Origin: Vampirovibrionaceae bacterium NZW_1234
Lineage (GTDB): Bacteria; Cyanobacteriota; Vampirovibrionia; Vampirovibrionales; JAGQHJ01
NCBI GenBank assembly: GCA_041697335.1
Contig: JBGUGD010000039.1
Coordinates: 32,001-96,000 of the forward strand
DNA: 64,000 nt
Direction of reading: 5' to 3'
Shown here piece after piece: positions 29,562 through 39,407 of this stretch; the stretch's first letter is position 1, and each line of letters begins with the position of its first letter. The translations under genes and the position numbers were made by a program. The notes under the pieces are model-generated. The model searched no databases. It worked only from the letters and a program-made list of their open reading frames with translations, and was not told the DNA's origin.

Positions 29562-29588
29562 GTATCGGCAGCTTTTGCAAAAAACTTA
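29562..29588 (-). promoter_or_regulatory. Sigma28 (FliA/SigD)-type promoter of the pilin gene
   Basis: Minus strand TAAG-N15-GCCGATAC versus consensus TAAA-N15-GCCGATAA, about 50 nt upstream of the ATG. Confidence 0.7.
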
Positions 29589-29692
29589 GAGTAAAATGGG
29601 GTCTATTGTAAAATAAATTTACAGCCCCAAAGACGGTGGCAAAACCCTTATATTTACAACTTTTTACTTATGCCACAAAGGAATAAGGTCCA

Positions 29693-30409
29693 ATGCATCT
29701 GACCCTTGGCCATCTCTATCCCGACCACCTCAATATTTATGGAGATCGGGGCAATATTTTGGCACTGTATCAGCGGGCTCGCTGGCGTGGTATTGAAGTT
29801 ACCGTAATGCCCTTGCCACCAGACAGTCTTTTTAACCCGGATGAAATTGATATTTTATTTATGGGCGGCGGACAAGATACCCAACAAACCAAAATTTGCC
29901 ACGACTTATACACCGTTAAATCTGAGCGCATTAAAACGGCAGTAGCCCAAGGCACCGTCATGCTTGGAATTTGTGGCGGTTACCAACTTATGGGGCATTA
30001 TTATCAGCCCCATCAAGGCGATCGACTGCTTGGGCTGAGCTTGATGGATGCCTATACGGTTGCAGGTTCAAAGCGCTTTATCGGAAATGTAAGTATACAA
30101 AGACCGGACGGATCAACGGTGGTTGGTTTTGAGAACCACAGCGGGCTGACCTTCCTAGGTGAAGGGGTAACTCCTCTTGGCAGCGTGCTTCATGGGTACG
30201 GCAATAATGGTCAAGATGGTAAAGAAGGCGCCGTTGTGGGCAATCTCTACGGCACGTATCTCCATGGGTCATTACTTCCCAAGAATCCAAACTTGACCGA
30301 TGAGCTTTTAACCAAAGCACTCCAGCGGAAATATGGCACCATTACCCTGGAACCGCTGCAAGATACACTAGAGCAGTATGCTCATGAAAAAGCGTTGAGC
30401 TTGCGTTAA
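29693..30409 (+). CDS. GatD/CobQ-like type 1 glutamine amidotransferase
   Basis: LYPDHLNIYGDRGN, GGGQD, ICGGYQ, GFENH, YLHGSLLPKNP. Confidence 0.92.
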   Translation: MHLTLGHLYPDHLNIYGDRGNILALYQRARWRGIEVTVMPLPPDSLFNPDEIDILFMGGGQDTQQTKICHDLYTVKSERIKTAVAQGTVMLGICGGYQLMGHYYQPHQGDRLLGLSLMDAYTVAGSKRFIGNVSIQRPDGSTVVGFENHSGLTFLGEGVTPLGSVLHGYGNNGQDGKEGAVVGNLYGTYLHGSLLPKNPNLTDELLTKALQRKYGTITLEPLQDTLEQYAHEKALSLR

Positions 30410-30419
30410 TTCACTGTGC

Positions 30420-31127
30420 TTAAAACAGCTCCGGACGTTGGCGCGTCAGTTGCTGGGTCTGTTGGACATATTGATCAAAAGTGGGAATGGACGCGTCCGG
30501 TAACCCCCGCTCTTGAGCAATACGCTCGCGAGAAGCCCGGCCAGTGGGGCCAATCTGTTGATTGGACCGGTCATTGGGGTTGGGTGTCTCTTGGAGTTCT
30601 TGATTCCCATCACGATCATTTTTCAGACCCGCCAAATCTTTCTTGGAAAGGCCAAACCAAGCCGCTGCTCCGGGATCAATGCTCTTAAACATAAGTGAAT
30701 TAATATTATTAGCCAAATTCTGCAAGACCTGTTCACCATTTTGCCCCAGGTCACCACCAGCGGATTGCTGTAAAATATCACCGGCAGAGTTCAGCTCGTT
30801 TTGATCCAAAAATTCATCACCATTCTGATCCACTTCATCAAAGTGCTCGATCAACAGGGCCAGGACATCAGGCTGATTGTTACCCATTCCACCACTCGAT
30901 GGGTCAGTCTGGGAGTTTCCTCCGTTCATCGGCCCTAACCCTCCCGAAGCATCTCGGGAAGGGCCTAAGCCACCACCAGCCCCAGAAGCATTGGTAGGCC
31001 CCATCCCTCCAGCACTCGCGTCCGTACCGGAGCCAATGCCGCCGCCATTACGACGAGATTCCTCCAATCGATTTCCCATCACACGAGAGAGAAAACCATT
31101 CGGCTGCATCCCAGCTTGAGTCACCAT
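30420..31127 (-). CDS. Gly-rich repeat protein with EF-hand-like motif
   Basis: GG[LMI]G repeats; DQNGDEFLDQNE loop. Confidence 0.65.
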   Translation of the reverse strand: MVTQAGMQPNGFLSRVMGNRLEESRRNGGGIGSGTDASAGGMGPTNASGAGGGLGPSRDASGGLGPMNGGNSQTDPSSGGMGNNQPDVLALLIEHFDEVDQNGDEFLDQNELNSAGDILQQSAGGDLGQNGEQVLQNLANNINSLMFKSIDPGAAAWFGLSKKDLAGLKNDRDGNQELQETPNPNDRSNQQIGPTGRASRERIAQERGLPDASIPTFDQYVQQTQQLTRQRPELF

Positions 31128-31442
31128 ACCACAGACCTCTTTGATTCTTGACCATTCACCATTCCAACCTCCACGCCGGAGGTATTTATCAGCACCCTAG
31201 GTTATCCGCTATCATAGGGCCATCGCCGGACAAAGCTTATTACACAACTTTAATAATGTACCGTTCACACGACCAGCCTTATAAATCAACGCAACAACCT
31301 GTTGCCAAGAAAGATATTCTCTATAGTTATAAAAGCAGCATAAAGAGAGGCGTTGTCAGAATGTTACCGGTTTGTAATATTATTCAACACCAGTAACCCC
31401 CTGAAATCCAGGCCCCAAAAGGTATTCAGACATTATTAGGAT

Positions 31443-31928
31443 TTAAGAAAGAAGCTTGTAGTAAACCTGATCCGCCGTGGGGGTCTGGCCTTTTTCATCT
31501 TCAGCCAACACAAATCCATTGCGGGTATAAAAGGGGACCGCTTGTGCCATGACCGAATTCACCTCAAGGCGCATGGTATGGAACCCACGGCGCTGGGCCT
31601 CTTCAACACAAGCATTTAGCAATTGCAAACCGATGGATTGGCCACGAAAGCGCTGCAATAAATAGATTTTACGAAGTTCACAGCTATTATCATCAACCCG
31701 AACAATACCAGCACAGCCAACAACACCCACATCCGGGTCTTCGGCAACAAAAAACACATCAAAGGGATTTGCCGTCCTGAGGGCTTCAAGCTCCTCTCGA
31801 TCCCGAACATTAGGCAAAAAGCCCCATTCTTGAAGGACAGAAAGCACCACAAACTCTACTGATGCTGCATCATCAGCTTCAAAATGGCGAATTTGCATCC
31901 GAACGCCCTGTGGCGAAGTCACTGTCAT
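31443..31928 (-). CDS. GNAT family N-acetyltransferase
   Basis: CELRKIYL, FRGQSIG, AVPFYTRNGF. Confidence 0.9.
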   Translation of the reverse strand: MTVTSPQGVRMQIRHFEADDAASVEFVVLSVLQEWGFLPNVRDREELEALRTANPFDVFFVAEDPDVGVVGCAGIVRVDDNSCELRKIYLLQRFRGQSIGLQLLNACVEEAQRRGFHTMRLEVNSVMAQAVPFYTRNGFVLAEDEKGQTPTADQVYYKLLS

Positions 31929-32102
31929 CCTTTGATACCCTCATTATTGGCTCGTCTAAGCCCATGTTAAAAACATGTAAAGGAAAAGTAAATTATATCT
32001 GCGACGATACCAAATCGCAATCAAACATCACCATTTGTTAAGTTACTTGAGACAATCGACCACCCCGGATTAGGGGATGATGTTCCAGATTAGCCAACCC
32101 AT

Positions 32103-33527
32103 CTAAAAAGGGAAGGGAGGCTTCTTACCACCTGGAAAGCCACCAGGAAACGGAGGAACTCCTTTTGCCCCTTTGGCTCCTCGAGCCATCTTCATTCCCA
32201 TGGGCATTTTGCCCTTCTTCATCTGGTCGGTCATCTGAGTCATCTGCTTCATCATCTGACGCATCATCTCAAAATCTTTCAGAAACTTGGAAATATCGGC
32301 CTCTTGCATACCGCAGCCTTTCGCAATTCGAAGCTTACGACTTCGGTTAATCTGCTCTGGCTTGCGACGTTCCTCCAAGGTCATACTGTTAATCATAGCT
32401 TCAACACGTCGAAGCTGCTCTTCCCCCCCATGGGCCAACATTTCCCGCATATCCTTGGTTAACCCTGGAATCGGAAGCATCCCCAGAATTTGATCTAAGG
32501 AACCCAAGCGCTTCATGGTGCGCTGTATCTTCATAAAGTCTTCCAAAGAAAACTCCTGCTTGCGCATCTTACGCTCAAATTCTTTGGCTTCATCCAGATC
32601 GATGGCTTCCTGAGCCCGCTCAACCAAGGAAACCACATCACCCATCCCCAGAATACGGGTGGACATCCGCTCGGGGTAAAAAGGCTCAAGTCCATCCATC
32701 TTTTCACCAGTACCCACCAGCTTAATGGGCTTTCCGGTGACCTCAACCACACTAAGCGCAGCCCCTCCCCGAGTATCGCCATCCAATTTGGTCAAGACAA
32801 TCCCGGTCACATCCAACTGGGTATTAAAGGTCTCTGACACATGGATGGCCTCCTGGCCCGTCATAGCATCAATAACCAACAGCTTCTCTTGAGGCTTCAC
32901 CATGCGCTCCAAAAGCAACAATTCCGCCATCATCTCAGTATCCACCTGAAGGCGGCCAGCCGTGTCAATGATAATGGTATTGAGCTGTTGCTCCTGCGCA
33001 TATTGAAGCCCTTGCCGGGCAATCTCAAGAACATCGGTGGAATTTTCAATAGAAAACACCGGTATACCGACCTGTTTCCCCAGAGAAATCAATTGGTTGA
33101 CCGCGGCAGGCCGATACACATCAGCGGCAATGAGCAAGGGTTTTTTGCCCTTTTTACGCAATTGAAGGGCTAACTTACCACAGGTGGTGGTTTTCCCCGA
33201 GCCTTGCAAACCAAACATCATAATGATTGCAGGATTGCCCTCCAGATCGAGGGGCTTGTTTTCACCCCCTAAAAGGGCAGTAAGCTCATCATGAACAATC
33301 TTAACCAACTGCTGAGAGGGAGAAACACTTTTAATGACGTTCTCGCCTTCTGCCCGTTCTTTAATACGCGTGATAAAGGTCTTTACAACACGCAAGCTGA
33401 CATCCGCTTCCAATAAAGCCCGGCGAACCTCTTTCAGGGCTTCGTCAATATTTTCAAGGGTCAGTTGCTTATTGCCACCAAGACTGGCAAAGCTCTCTTG
33501 TAACCGTTCTGATAACTGATCAAACAT
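32103..33527 (-). CDS. ffh: Signal recognition particle protein
   Basis: GLQGSGKTT, DTAGR, TKLDGD, Met-rich M domain. Confidence 0.98.
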   Translation of the reverse strand: MFDQLSERLQESFASLGGNKQLTLENIDEALKEVRRALLEADVSLRVVKTFITRIKERAEGENVIKSVSPSQQLVKIVHDELTALLGGENKPLDLEGNPAIIMMFGLQGSGKTTTCGKLALQLRKKGKKPLLIAADVYRPAAVNQLISLGKQVGIPVFSIENSTDVLEIARQGLQYAQEQQLNTIIIDTAGRLQVDTEMMAELLLLERMVKPQEKLLVIDAMTGQEAIHVSETFNTQLDVTGIVLTKLDGDTRGGAALSVVEVTGKPIKLVGTGEKMDGLEPFYPERMSTRILGMGDVVSLVERAQEAIDLDEAKEFERKMRKQEFSLEDFMKIQRTMKRLGSLDQILGMLPIPGLTKDMREMLAHGGEEQLRRVEAMINSMTLEERRKPEQINRSRKLRIAKGCGMQEADISKFLKDFEMMRQMMKQMTQMTDQMKKGKMPMGMKMARGAKGAKGVPPFPGGFPGGKKPPFPF

Positions 33528-33555
33528 ACTGGACTACCTAAATACGCTGCTTGGG

Positions 33556-34566
33556 TCAATCAAATAAGGCATTCACGAATGCTTGGGCATCAAAATCCCG
33601 AATATCCTCAATTTTTTCGCCCACACCTACCAATTTAACAGGTAAATGATACTGTTTTGCAATGTTAAACACAATGCCGCCCTTGGCGGATCCATCCAAC
33701 TTGGTCAATGCAACCCCAGTCAGCTGAACCGCTTCCTGAAACACTTCGGCTTGACGCAAGGCATTCTGCCCGGTCGTGGCATCAATCACTAACAAGGCTT
33801 CGTAAACTAAATCCGCAGGGGCTTCTCGCTCGATAATACGCTTGACCTTGCGAAGTTCTTCCATCAGGTTGAATTTGTTCTGAAGCCGCCCTGCCGTATC
33901 AATGATCAACACATCAGCCTTGGATTCAACGGCATGATGAATGCTGTCATAGATGACAGCTGCGGTATCCGCATTGTCTTTACGCACCAACTCAGCACCC
34001 GCCCGCTGGGCCCAAACTTCAATCTGGTCTTCGGCAGCGGCCCGAAACGTATCACCCGCCGCAATGACCACTTTTTTGCCTTGCTGGACGAATCGATGCG
34101 CCAATTTGCCAATCAATGTCGTTTTTCCAGCCCCATTGACCCCCACAATAAGGTAAAGATTCAATTTCCCCGCCTCATATCGCAATTCATTGGCATGAGG
34201 ACCTAATGCCAATGCTCGGGAAAATTCGTCCTGCAAGAATACCTTCAACTTATCGGTGGGGTGTACTGCTGGATTCTTGCGAATCTTTTCCGTTAATTCC
34301 ACAGCCATATCGACACCCACGTCCGCTCGGATCAATGTTTCTTCGATAGTTTCCAGATCGTCTTCCGTTAAAACCCGACTGGCATCAGCCCCCAAAGAGA
34401 GAATTTTACCAACCAAGGCTCGACCGGTAACAGATACAGCAGACTTGAGTTTATCCAAGCCCGACGCCGCTTCAGGAGAAGACATAGGTTCGGATGAGGC
34501 AGAAGCTACGGCTGAAGATTCCTGAGTCGTGCCTTCAACTGTTTTTTTGCCAAAGAGTTTAAACAT
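33556..34566 (-). CDS. ftsY: SRP receptor FtsY
   Basis: GVNGAGKTT, DTFRAAA, DTAGR, TKLDGSAKGG. ATG at 34566 (MFKLFGKK) overlaps the nusB stop. Confidence 0.96.
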   Translation of the reverse strand: MFKLFGKKTVEGTTQESSAVASASSEPMSSPEAASGLDKLKSAVSVTGRALVGKILSLGADASRVLTEDDLETIEETLIRADVGVDMAVELTEKIRKNPAVHPTDKLKVFLQDEFSRALALGPHANELRYEAGKLNLYLIVGVNGAGKTTLIGKLAHRFVQQGKKVVIAAGDTFRAAAEDQIEVWAQRAGAELVRKDNADTAAVIYDSIHHAVESKADVLIIDTAGRLQNKFNLMEELRKVKRIIEREAPADLVYEALLVIDATTGQNALRQAEVFQEAVQLTGVALTKLDGSAKGGIVFNIAKQYHLPVKLVGVGEKIEDIRDFDAQAFVNALFD

Positions 34567-35236
34567 TCCCTGGGACCTCGGCAACGGTTTTGGCGATTTG
34601 TCCCAGAACGCCGTGAATAAACTTCCGGCTTTCTTCATCGGTAAAACGCTTGGCCAGCTCCAAGGATTCATCAATAACAGTAGCTGCATCAATGCTGTCA
34701 ACATAAAGAAGCTCGGAGACAGCCATGCGAAGTAGCACCAAATCCATCTTGTGCATGCGATCAACACGCCAATCCTGGGCGGCTTCCTCTATTTTGGCAT
34801 CAATCTCGTCCTGATGGCGTGTCACACTGCGAACCAGCATCATGCAGTAATTCTGCACATCTTCTCGTTCGGACAAAGCTTTGACTTCGGGCAAATATAG
34901 TGCTTCTTGCAGGTTTTGCACAGCTGACAACAAAGTATCTAATTGGGCCTGCATATCATGAGTGGTTGGAATGGGCACAGCAACCGTCGGGAGTTGATGC
35001 GGTATATGCTCATTGTCTGGATGGTCAAGCTCATGATCCAGAAGTGTCTCTTTGACAGCTGCAATCTTATGGGTCACGGTTTCCAACTGTTCCTCCGCCA
35101 AAGACTCCAAAGCTCGAACGGTATCAACAATCTGTTCTTGCAGGGACAATTTTTCCCAGACAAGCTTTTCGCCTTTCTTTTCGGCTTGGAACAGTGCAAA
35201 GACGGCTAATTCTCTAGCAATAGAACGTGCTTTCAT
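34559..35236 (-). CDS. nusB: Transcription antitermination factor NusB (long form)
   Basis: RSIARELA..ALF, DWRVDRM..MD..LLR, ELAKRF, FIHGVLG; central insertion. Confidence 0.9.
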   Translation of the reverse strand: MKARSIARELAVFALFQAEKKGEKLVWEKLSLQEQIVDTVRALESLAEEQLETVTHKIAAVKETLLDHELDHPDNEHIPHQLPTVAVPIPTTHDMQAQLDTLLSAVQNLQEALYLPEVKALSEREDVQNYCMMLVRSVTRHQDEIDAKIEEAAQDWRVDRMHKMDLVLLRMAVSELLYVDSIDAATVIDESLELAKRFTDEESRKFIHGVLGQIAKTVAEVPGNV

Positions 35237-35420
35237 AACGATGGATCCTAGCACAAAAACAATGTGTCTAGTACTCTAGCACCTTTAGGGTCTCCATTTC
35301 ACCTGCTGATGAAAAAAATAGCCCGAATTTGCATCCAGCACAACGTTATGTTACAACCATAGCCATTATCTCCAGCGTGGTTTTGGAGAACAGAGTGAGC
35401 TTTCAGGGGAGATTACAAAA

Positions 35421-36458
35421 TTGCGCATCCGTCTCCAAGCCTACATCAGACCCAACCTGCAACATGTCAACGTCAGTCCTAAAGCACTGCCTATTGGAAA
35501 TCAGCGTTTCGCAAGCAGTCCGAGTTCCAGTTCTGATGAATCGCCTTGGATGGACCCACTCACAATCCGACTAAACCATCAAAGCTACCTAAATCCGATT
35601 CAGTCCGGCGAATCCATCCGTGTGACCCATTGTGCTAAGCTAGGCTCCTTGGGTGCTAAAGAGAGTGTTTATGCCAGTTACTGCCCGGAAATTGCTTCAG
35701 TTGCCGCAGAGGATCAAGTAAAATTAACCCATAGTGCCGTTTTGGGTGATATCCGCCCTAAACCCACAGAGCAAAATCCCACTCCATATGTAAACCGGTT
35801 AACCCTGAACCAAAGTAAACTGTTGGGAAGCGCCTTCGCTCGTAATATCGACGCCTATAAAAGCGATATCAATCACATTTACGCCAAAGAAAGCGCATTC
35901 CTCTTGGATACAACCGTACATGGCACAGTAAAGGTGGAAGCGCAAAAGCTTGTGGCCAAAAACTGTCCGAAATTGAATCATGTCATTTCACTGAATCAAG
36001 CCGAGTTAAGTCAGATTCCCGTCATTGGTCATCTAGAAACACAGGGAACCTTGGTTCTAAACAACTGTAAGGTCCAAGGCCATGTCAAAGCAGGACCTAA
36101 TAGCCTCATCCATAGCAGCCAGATTGCAGGCACACTCTCTGCCCGTAGCAATTACATGGTCTTACAGAACAGCACGGTTCACGACGTGAGCATCCAAACT
36201 CCGCTTCGATTACCAGAAATAGAGCACAGGCCACTGAAAATTAAACTCACCCGCTACATTCCCGCACCCCAGTATCTTCTCATCGACAAATCCTCTACCG
36301 TCAAGGGTGACATTACCTTTATGAATGGAGGGGGGTATGTTATCGCTGAGCGCGGCGCAAAAATTATAGGGGATATTATCAACGGCCATTTCTATTGGGC
36401 AGATTCTTTCCCCAAGCTTCTTTCCAGGGCGAATGAACTCTCTCAGCCCCCCCTGTGA
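35421..36458 (+). CDS. Hypothetical beta-solenoid-like protein with low-complexity leader
   Basis: Short repeating beta-type units (V.G.V, I.G.I); leader ends in ...NQRFA. Confidence 0.6.
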   Translation: MRIRLQAYIRPNLQHVNVSPKALPIGNQRFASSPSSSSDESPWMDPLTIRLNHQSYLNPIQSGESIRVTHCAKLGSLGAKESVYASYCPEIASVAAEDQVKLTHSAVLGDIRPKPTEQNPTPYVNRLTLNQSKLLGSAFARNIDAYKSDINHIYAKESAFLLDTTVHGTVKVEAQKLVAKNCPKLNHVISLNQAELSQIPVIGHLETQGTLVLNNCKVQGHVKAGPNSLIHSSQIAGTLSARSNYMVLQNSTVHDVSIQTPLRLPEIEHRPLKIKLTRYIPAPQYLLIDKSSTVKGDITFMNGGGYVIAERGAKIIGDIINGHFYWADSFPKLLSRANELSQPPL

Positions 36459-36744
36459 ACAAATATTACGGTAGTGTTTACAACGCTCTTAAAGCGGGAA
36501 TATCTCTAAATAGACACGGATCAATGAGACACTAATTGAGCGATACATACCCCATTAATAGAGTTCATCCGGGTTTCACCTATACCCTGCGTTGCGATGT
36601 TTCACCTGATGACCTGAACCCGGTACTGACCCTATCCTTCATTAACTGATATATCGGAATCAAATCTTCTGGCCATAAGGGCTCTCATTGGCCTGTCATT
36701 TCCTCGGGTTAACTGCTGTGAACTGACTTAGGAGACTGCTCGCT

Positions 36745-36906
36745 ATGACCATGCCGAATCCTTTTGTTGAAATGACCATGCCCAATCCTTTTGTCGAAGA
36801 TGCATTTGATCCTCAAGCCTATGAAAGCGAATCCTCTACAGACCTACCGTGGTCTATGGGTGTGATGGGTTTATGTGCCCTGATGCTGTTAACCTTTTTT
36901 ATGTAA
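36745..36906 (+). CDS. Small 53-aa membrane protein with tandem MTMPNPFVE repeat
   Basis: SD AGGAGA; MTMPNPFVEMTMPNPFVEDAFDPQAYESESSTDLPWSMGVMGLCALMLLTFFM; terminator downstream. Confidence 0.7.
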   Translation: MTMPNPFVEMTMPNPFVEDAFDPQAYESESSTDLPWSMGVMGLCALMLLTFFM

Positions 36907-36986
36907 CCATCTCGGAACCGTTCTCTCGTTGTGCGTATAACCCTATAGCCATGAAACCTTGTTCCTGTTTCATATGACCATCTTTG

Positions 36987-37016
36987 AAATCCTGTCAGAA
37001 TGGCAGGATTTTTTTT
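36987..37016 (+). terminator. Intrinsic terminator
   Basis: AAATCCTGTCA / TGGCAGGATTT stem plus T run. Confidence 0.8.
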
Positions 37017-37150
37017 GAGCGCTCTTATGATGAAAAAATAGAGTCTTGTAAAAAATATATAATATTTATATTAAATCAAGCAATATAGAGCTTGACTAGG
37101 TTTTTATTTAAATACAATTTATATAACAAGCCCAAAAAAGGTGTAAGGAC

Positions 37151-37351
37151 ATGGAACCAATCATAAGCACAAATACACGCTCATCCAGCCTCATTACGGA
37201 TGACGAGATTGCCAGTATTATTGACGCGTACTATAAACAAAAACACCAGGAAAATATGCCCACTCCTGGCGAGGTCAATACGTTAAAACTTCTATCCTCC
37301 ATGTCGAAAGATTCACCTTGGACACGTGGCAAACAAAGTATGGTCCACTAA
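37151..37351 (+). CDS. Small hypothetical protein
   Basis: 66-aa ORF with AAGG-type SD, followed by a terminator. Confidence 0.5.
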   Translation: MEPIISTNTRSSSLITDDEIASIIDAYYKQKHQENMPTPGEVNTLKLLSSMSKDSPWTRGKQSMVH

Positions 37352-37403
37352 ACCCCACAAGGCAACACTTTGGCAACACCATTGGATTGAGAAAAAATCA
37401 TAT

Positions 37404-37439
37404 AAAAGCCAGGTTTACATGAAATAAACCTGGCTTTTT
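37404..37439. terminator. Bidirectional terminator closing the MNIO operon
   Basis: AAAAGCCAGGTTTA / TAAACCTGGCTTTT 14-bp inverted repeat. Confidence 0.85.
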
Positions 37440-37445
37440 CAGTAT

Positions 37446-38354
37446 CTATAAAGGTTCCTCACCAGAAACTGCCCCTATAAAGCAAGACCCCAGCACAATA
37501 CCATTCTCAAGTAGCTGAGTGAGCATGGGGATAAATTGGCTATAGAAAAGTCCTGGGGTCAACCCGGGCATCTGCGACGCGATGTGGGAATAGACCGGCT
37601 GAATCGAATCCAAGTATGACAAAAGGGCATTAGGGTGGGACTGAAGCGAATTCAGCCAAGCTGCCAGAACCGAAGAAACCTCAAACGATCGGCAGCGAAA
37701 CGGTCTGTCAAACGACCGATACATCCATACCAAGGTTGATCGGGGGGATAAAAAATCGGGCGAAAGCCTTGTTTCAGGATCAGATTTTAACAGTGAGACC
37801 AAAGAAGGAATGGGATAGGACAACTCCAATAGCGCTGAGGCCTGATTCAGGACCGGTACCATCAATGCAAGCTGGTCCTCACTTTCTGGCATAACCTTCA
37901 AGCGAGATTCCGGATAAGTTGTATCTGGATAACTAAGTAGACAAGCCTGTACCCACTCATAACGTGCTAAATCAGGCAAATAGGGCCAACGTTCCTGAAC
38001 AACCGCATGCCCGGCTAAATAATCAGCAAAAGCTTCCCCAACGGACATCAACCGATAAGAGCGGCTGGCCGGAGTCCAATCATAATCCTCGAATACCTCA
38101 TCCCAAACATCAACCAATACCATTGCCGTCAAGGAAAAAATTGACCTTAAGGTTTGTTCTACATTGGCCTGGAGCATATAAGCATATTGACGGTAATGCT
38201 CAAGTACCGGCTGCTGCATCGCCTCTTTTTCTCTATCTGATAGAGATGATTGAGCCCAAAAAACAGCAAGAGCATCTGATGACTTGAGTGCGAGCTTGCC
38301 CTCAGAGGTTGTCATCAGTTGCTTAAAGATCTGTTGAAATTCTTGAAGCGTCAT
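37446..38354 (-). CDS. DUF2063/HvfC-like MNIO partner protein
   Basis: LQEFQQ.F N-terminus, Y..ML...LRSIF..T, LPDLARYEW; ATGA overlap with the DUF692 gene. Confidence 0.78.
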   Translation of the reverse strand: MTLQEFQQIFKQLMTTSEGKLALKSSDALAVFWAQSSLSDREKEAMQQPVLEHYRQYAYMLQANVEQTLRSIFSLTAMVLVDVWDEVFEDYDWTPASRSYRLMSVGEAFADYLAGHAVVQERWPYLPDLARYEWVQACLLSYPDTTYPESRLKVMPESEDQLALMVPVLNQASALLELSYPIPSLVSLLKSDPETRLSPDFLSPRSTLVWMYRSFDRPFRCRSFEVSSVLAAWLNSLQSHPNALLSYLDSIQPVYSHIASQMPGLTPGLFYSQFIPMLTQLLENGIVLGSCFIGAVSGEEPL

Positions 38355-39241
38355 TTTTGGTGAACCCCGAGCGGAAGGCTCACACCGTTGGATTTTCCTG
38401 ATGAATGACAGATAGAACGAATTTGATCCAATTCAGAGAGTAACGAATCAATGGGAGGCAGATTGTCATCTCGTTCAAGTAATATACCTTTGGCACAAGT
38501 CCGCTGAATTACCACTGCAAGTAAATCCCATACTTCCGAACAGACCGGCTCGGCATGCGTGTCGACAACAAGGTGCTTCTGTCGCAAGTGACCTGCCACG
38601 TGAAGCTGAACCACACGCTCAAGAGGGATAGCATTTAGAAATTCACCTGGGTCATAGCCATGATTTTGAGCATTAACAAAAATGTTATTCACATCAAGCA
38701 GCAAACCACAGTCGGAACGCTCGAGAATTTCAGCTAAAAACTGAGCCTCGGTCAGCTCTTGTGGCCCCATGGTTGCATAATACGAAATGTTTTCAATTAA
38801 AAACGGACGTTCCAGCCGTTCCTGAACAACCCGGATACGAGGCACAATATGATGCACCGCCTCCCAGGTAAACGGCAACGGAAGCAAGTCGTTCAAATAA
38901 ACACCATCCACGGATGAAAAACAGAGATGATCGCTAAACCATGGCGGATCAATGCGCTGAAATAACATGGCCAAATCCCGGAGATATTCTTCGGACAGCG
39001 GATCAACACTTCCGATGGAGAGATTAACGCCATGGGACACCATGGGGAACCCATAACTCCTGGCCTCTTCCAGCATCCAGATACTGTGTCCACCTTTGCC
39101 CATAAAATTTTCAGGCACAATCTCCAGCCAGTCAATGGTTGAGCGATGAGCCATGATCTCATCGAACAACCCATGTCGCAACCCCAAGCCAACACCAAGG
39201 TGCGGAAGATGCCTCATTTGCGTTTTAAAAAGACTCTCCAC
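38351..39241 (-). CDS. DUF692 multinuclear non-heme iron oxidative enzyme (MNIO; HvfB/BufB/MbnB family)
   Basis: GVGLGLR, WLEIVPENF, HGVNLSIGS, SDHL, IENI, LLLDVNN, QLHVAGH, DTH, LLERD. Confidence 0.95.
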   Translation of the reverse strand: MESLFKTQMRHLPHLGVGLGLRHGLFDEIMAHRSTIDWLEIVPENFMGKGGHSIWMLEEARSYGFPMVSHGVNLSIGSVDPLSEEYLRDLAMLFQRIDPPWFSDHLCFSSVDGVYLNDLLPLPFTWEAVHHIVPRIRVVQERLERPFLIENISYYATMGPQELTEAQFLAEILERSDCGLLLDVNNIFVNAQNHGYDPGEFLNAIPLERVVQLHVAGHLRQKHLVVDTHAEPVCSEVWDLLAVVIQRTCAKGILLERDDNLPPIDSLLSELDQIRSICHSSGKSNGVSLPLGVHQK

Positions 39242-39319
39242 AAAAACACCTCACAACAGTGACCCTGCAATTTCATTGTCCTTCAGCACACCCGAGAAAG
39301 CAATAACGGCCGGTGGCTA

Positions 39320-39353
39320 AAAACCCTACACCAGATAAGTGGTGTAGGGTTTT
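39320..39353 (-). terminator. Intra-operon hairpin between precursor and MNIO
   Basis: Perfect 14-bp stem AAAACCCTACACCA / TGGTGTAGGGTTTT, 6-nt loop. Confidence 0.7.
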
Positions 39354-39407
39354 AGACGAATTCACCTGCCTGTTGTTGCTAAAAACAGTGCAGACAGATG
39401 GTGAAAA

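Noticed and set aside
29693..30409. GatD-like gene without adjacent MurT
   Set aside because: The partner may simply lie elsewhere in the genome; not assessable from this window.
34567..34767. N-terminal extension of FtsY in the ORF track
   Set aside because: Overlaps nusB in another frame; ATG at 34566 is the more plausible coupled start.
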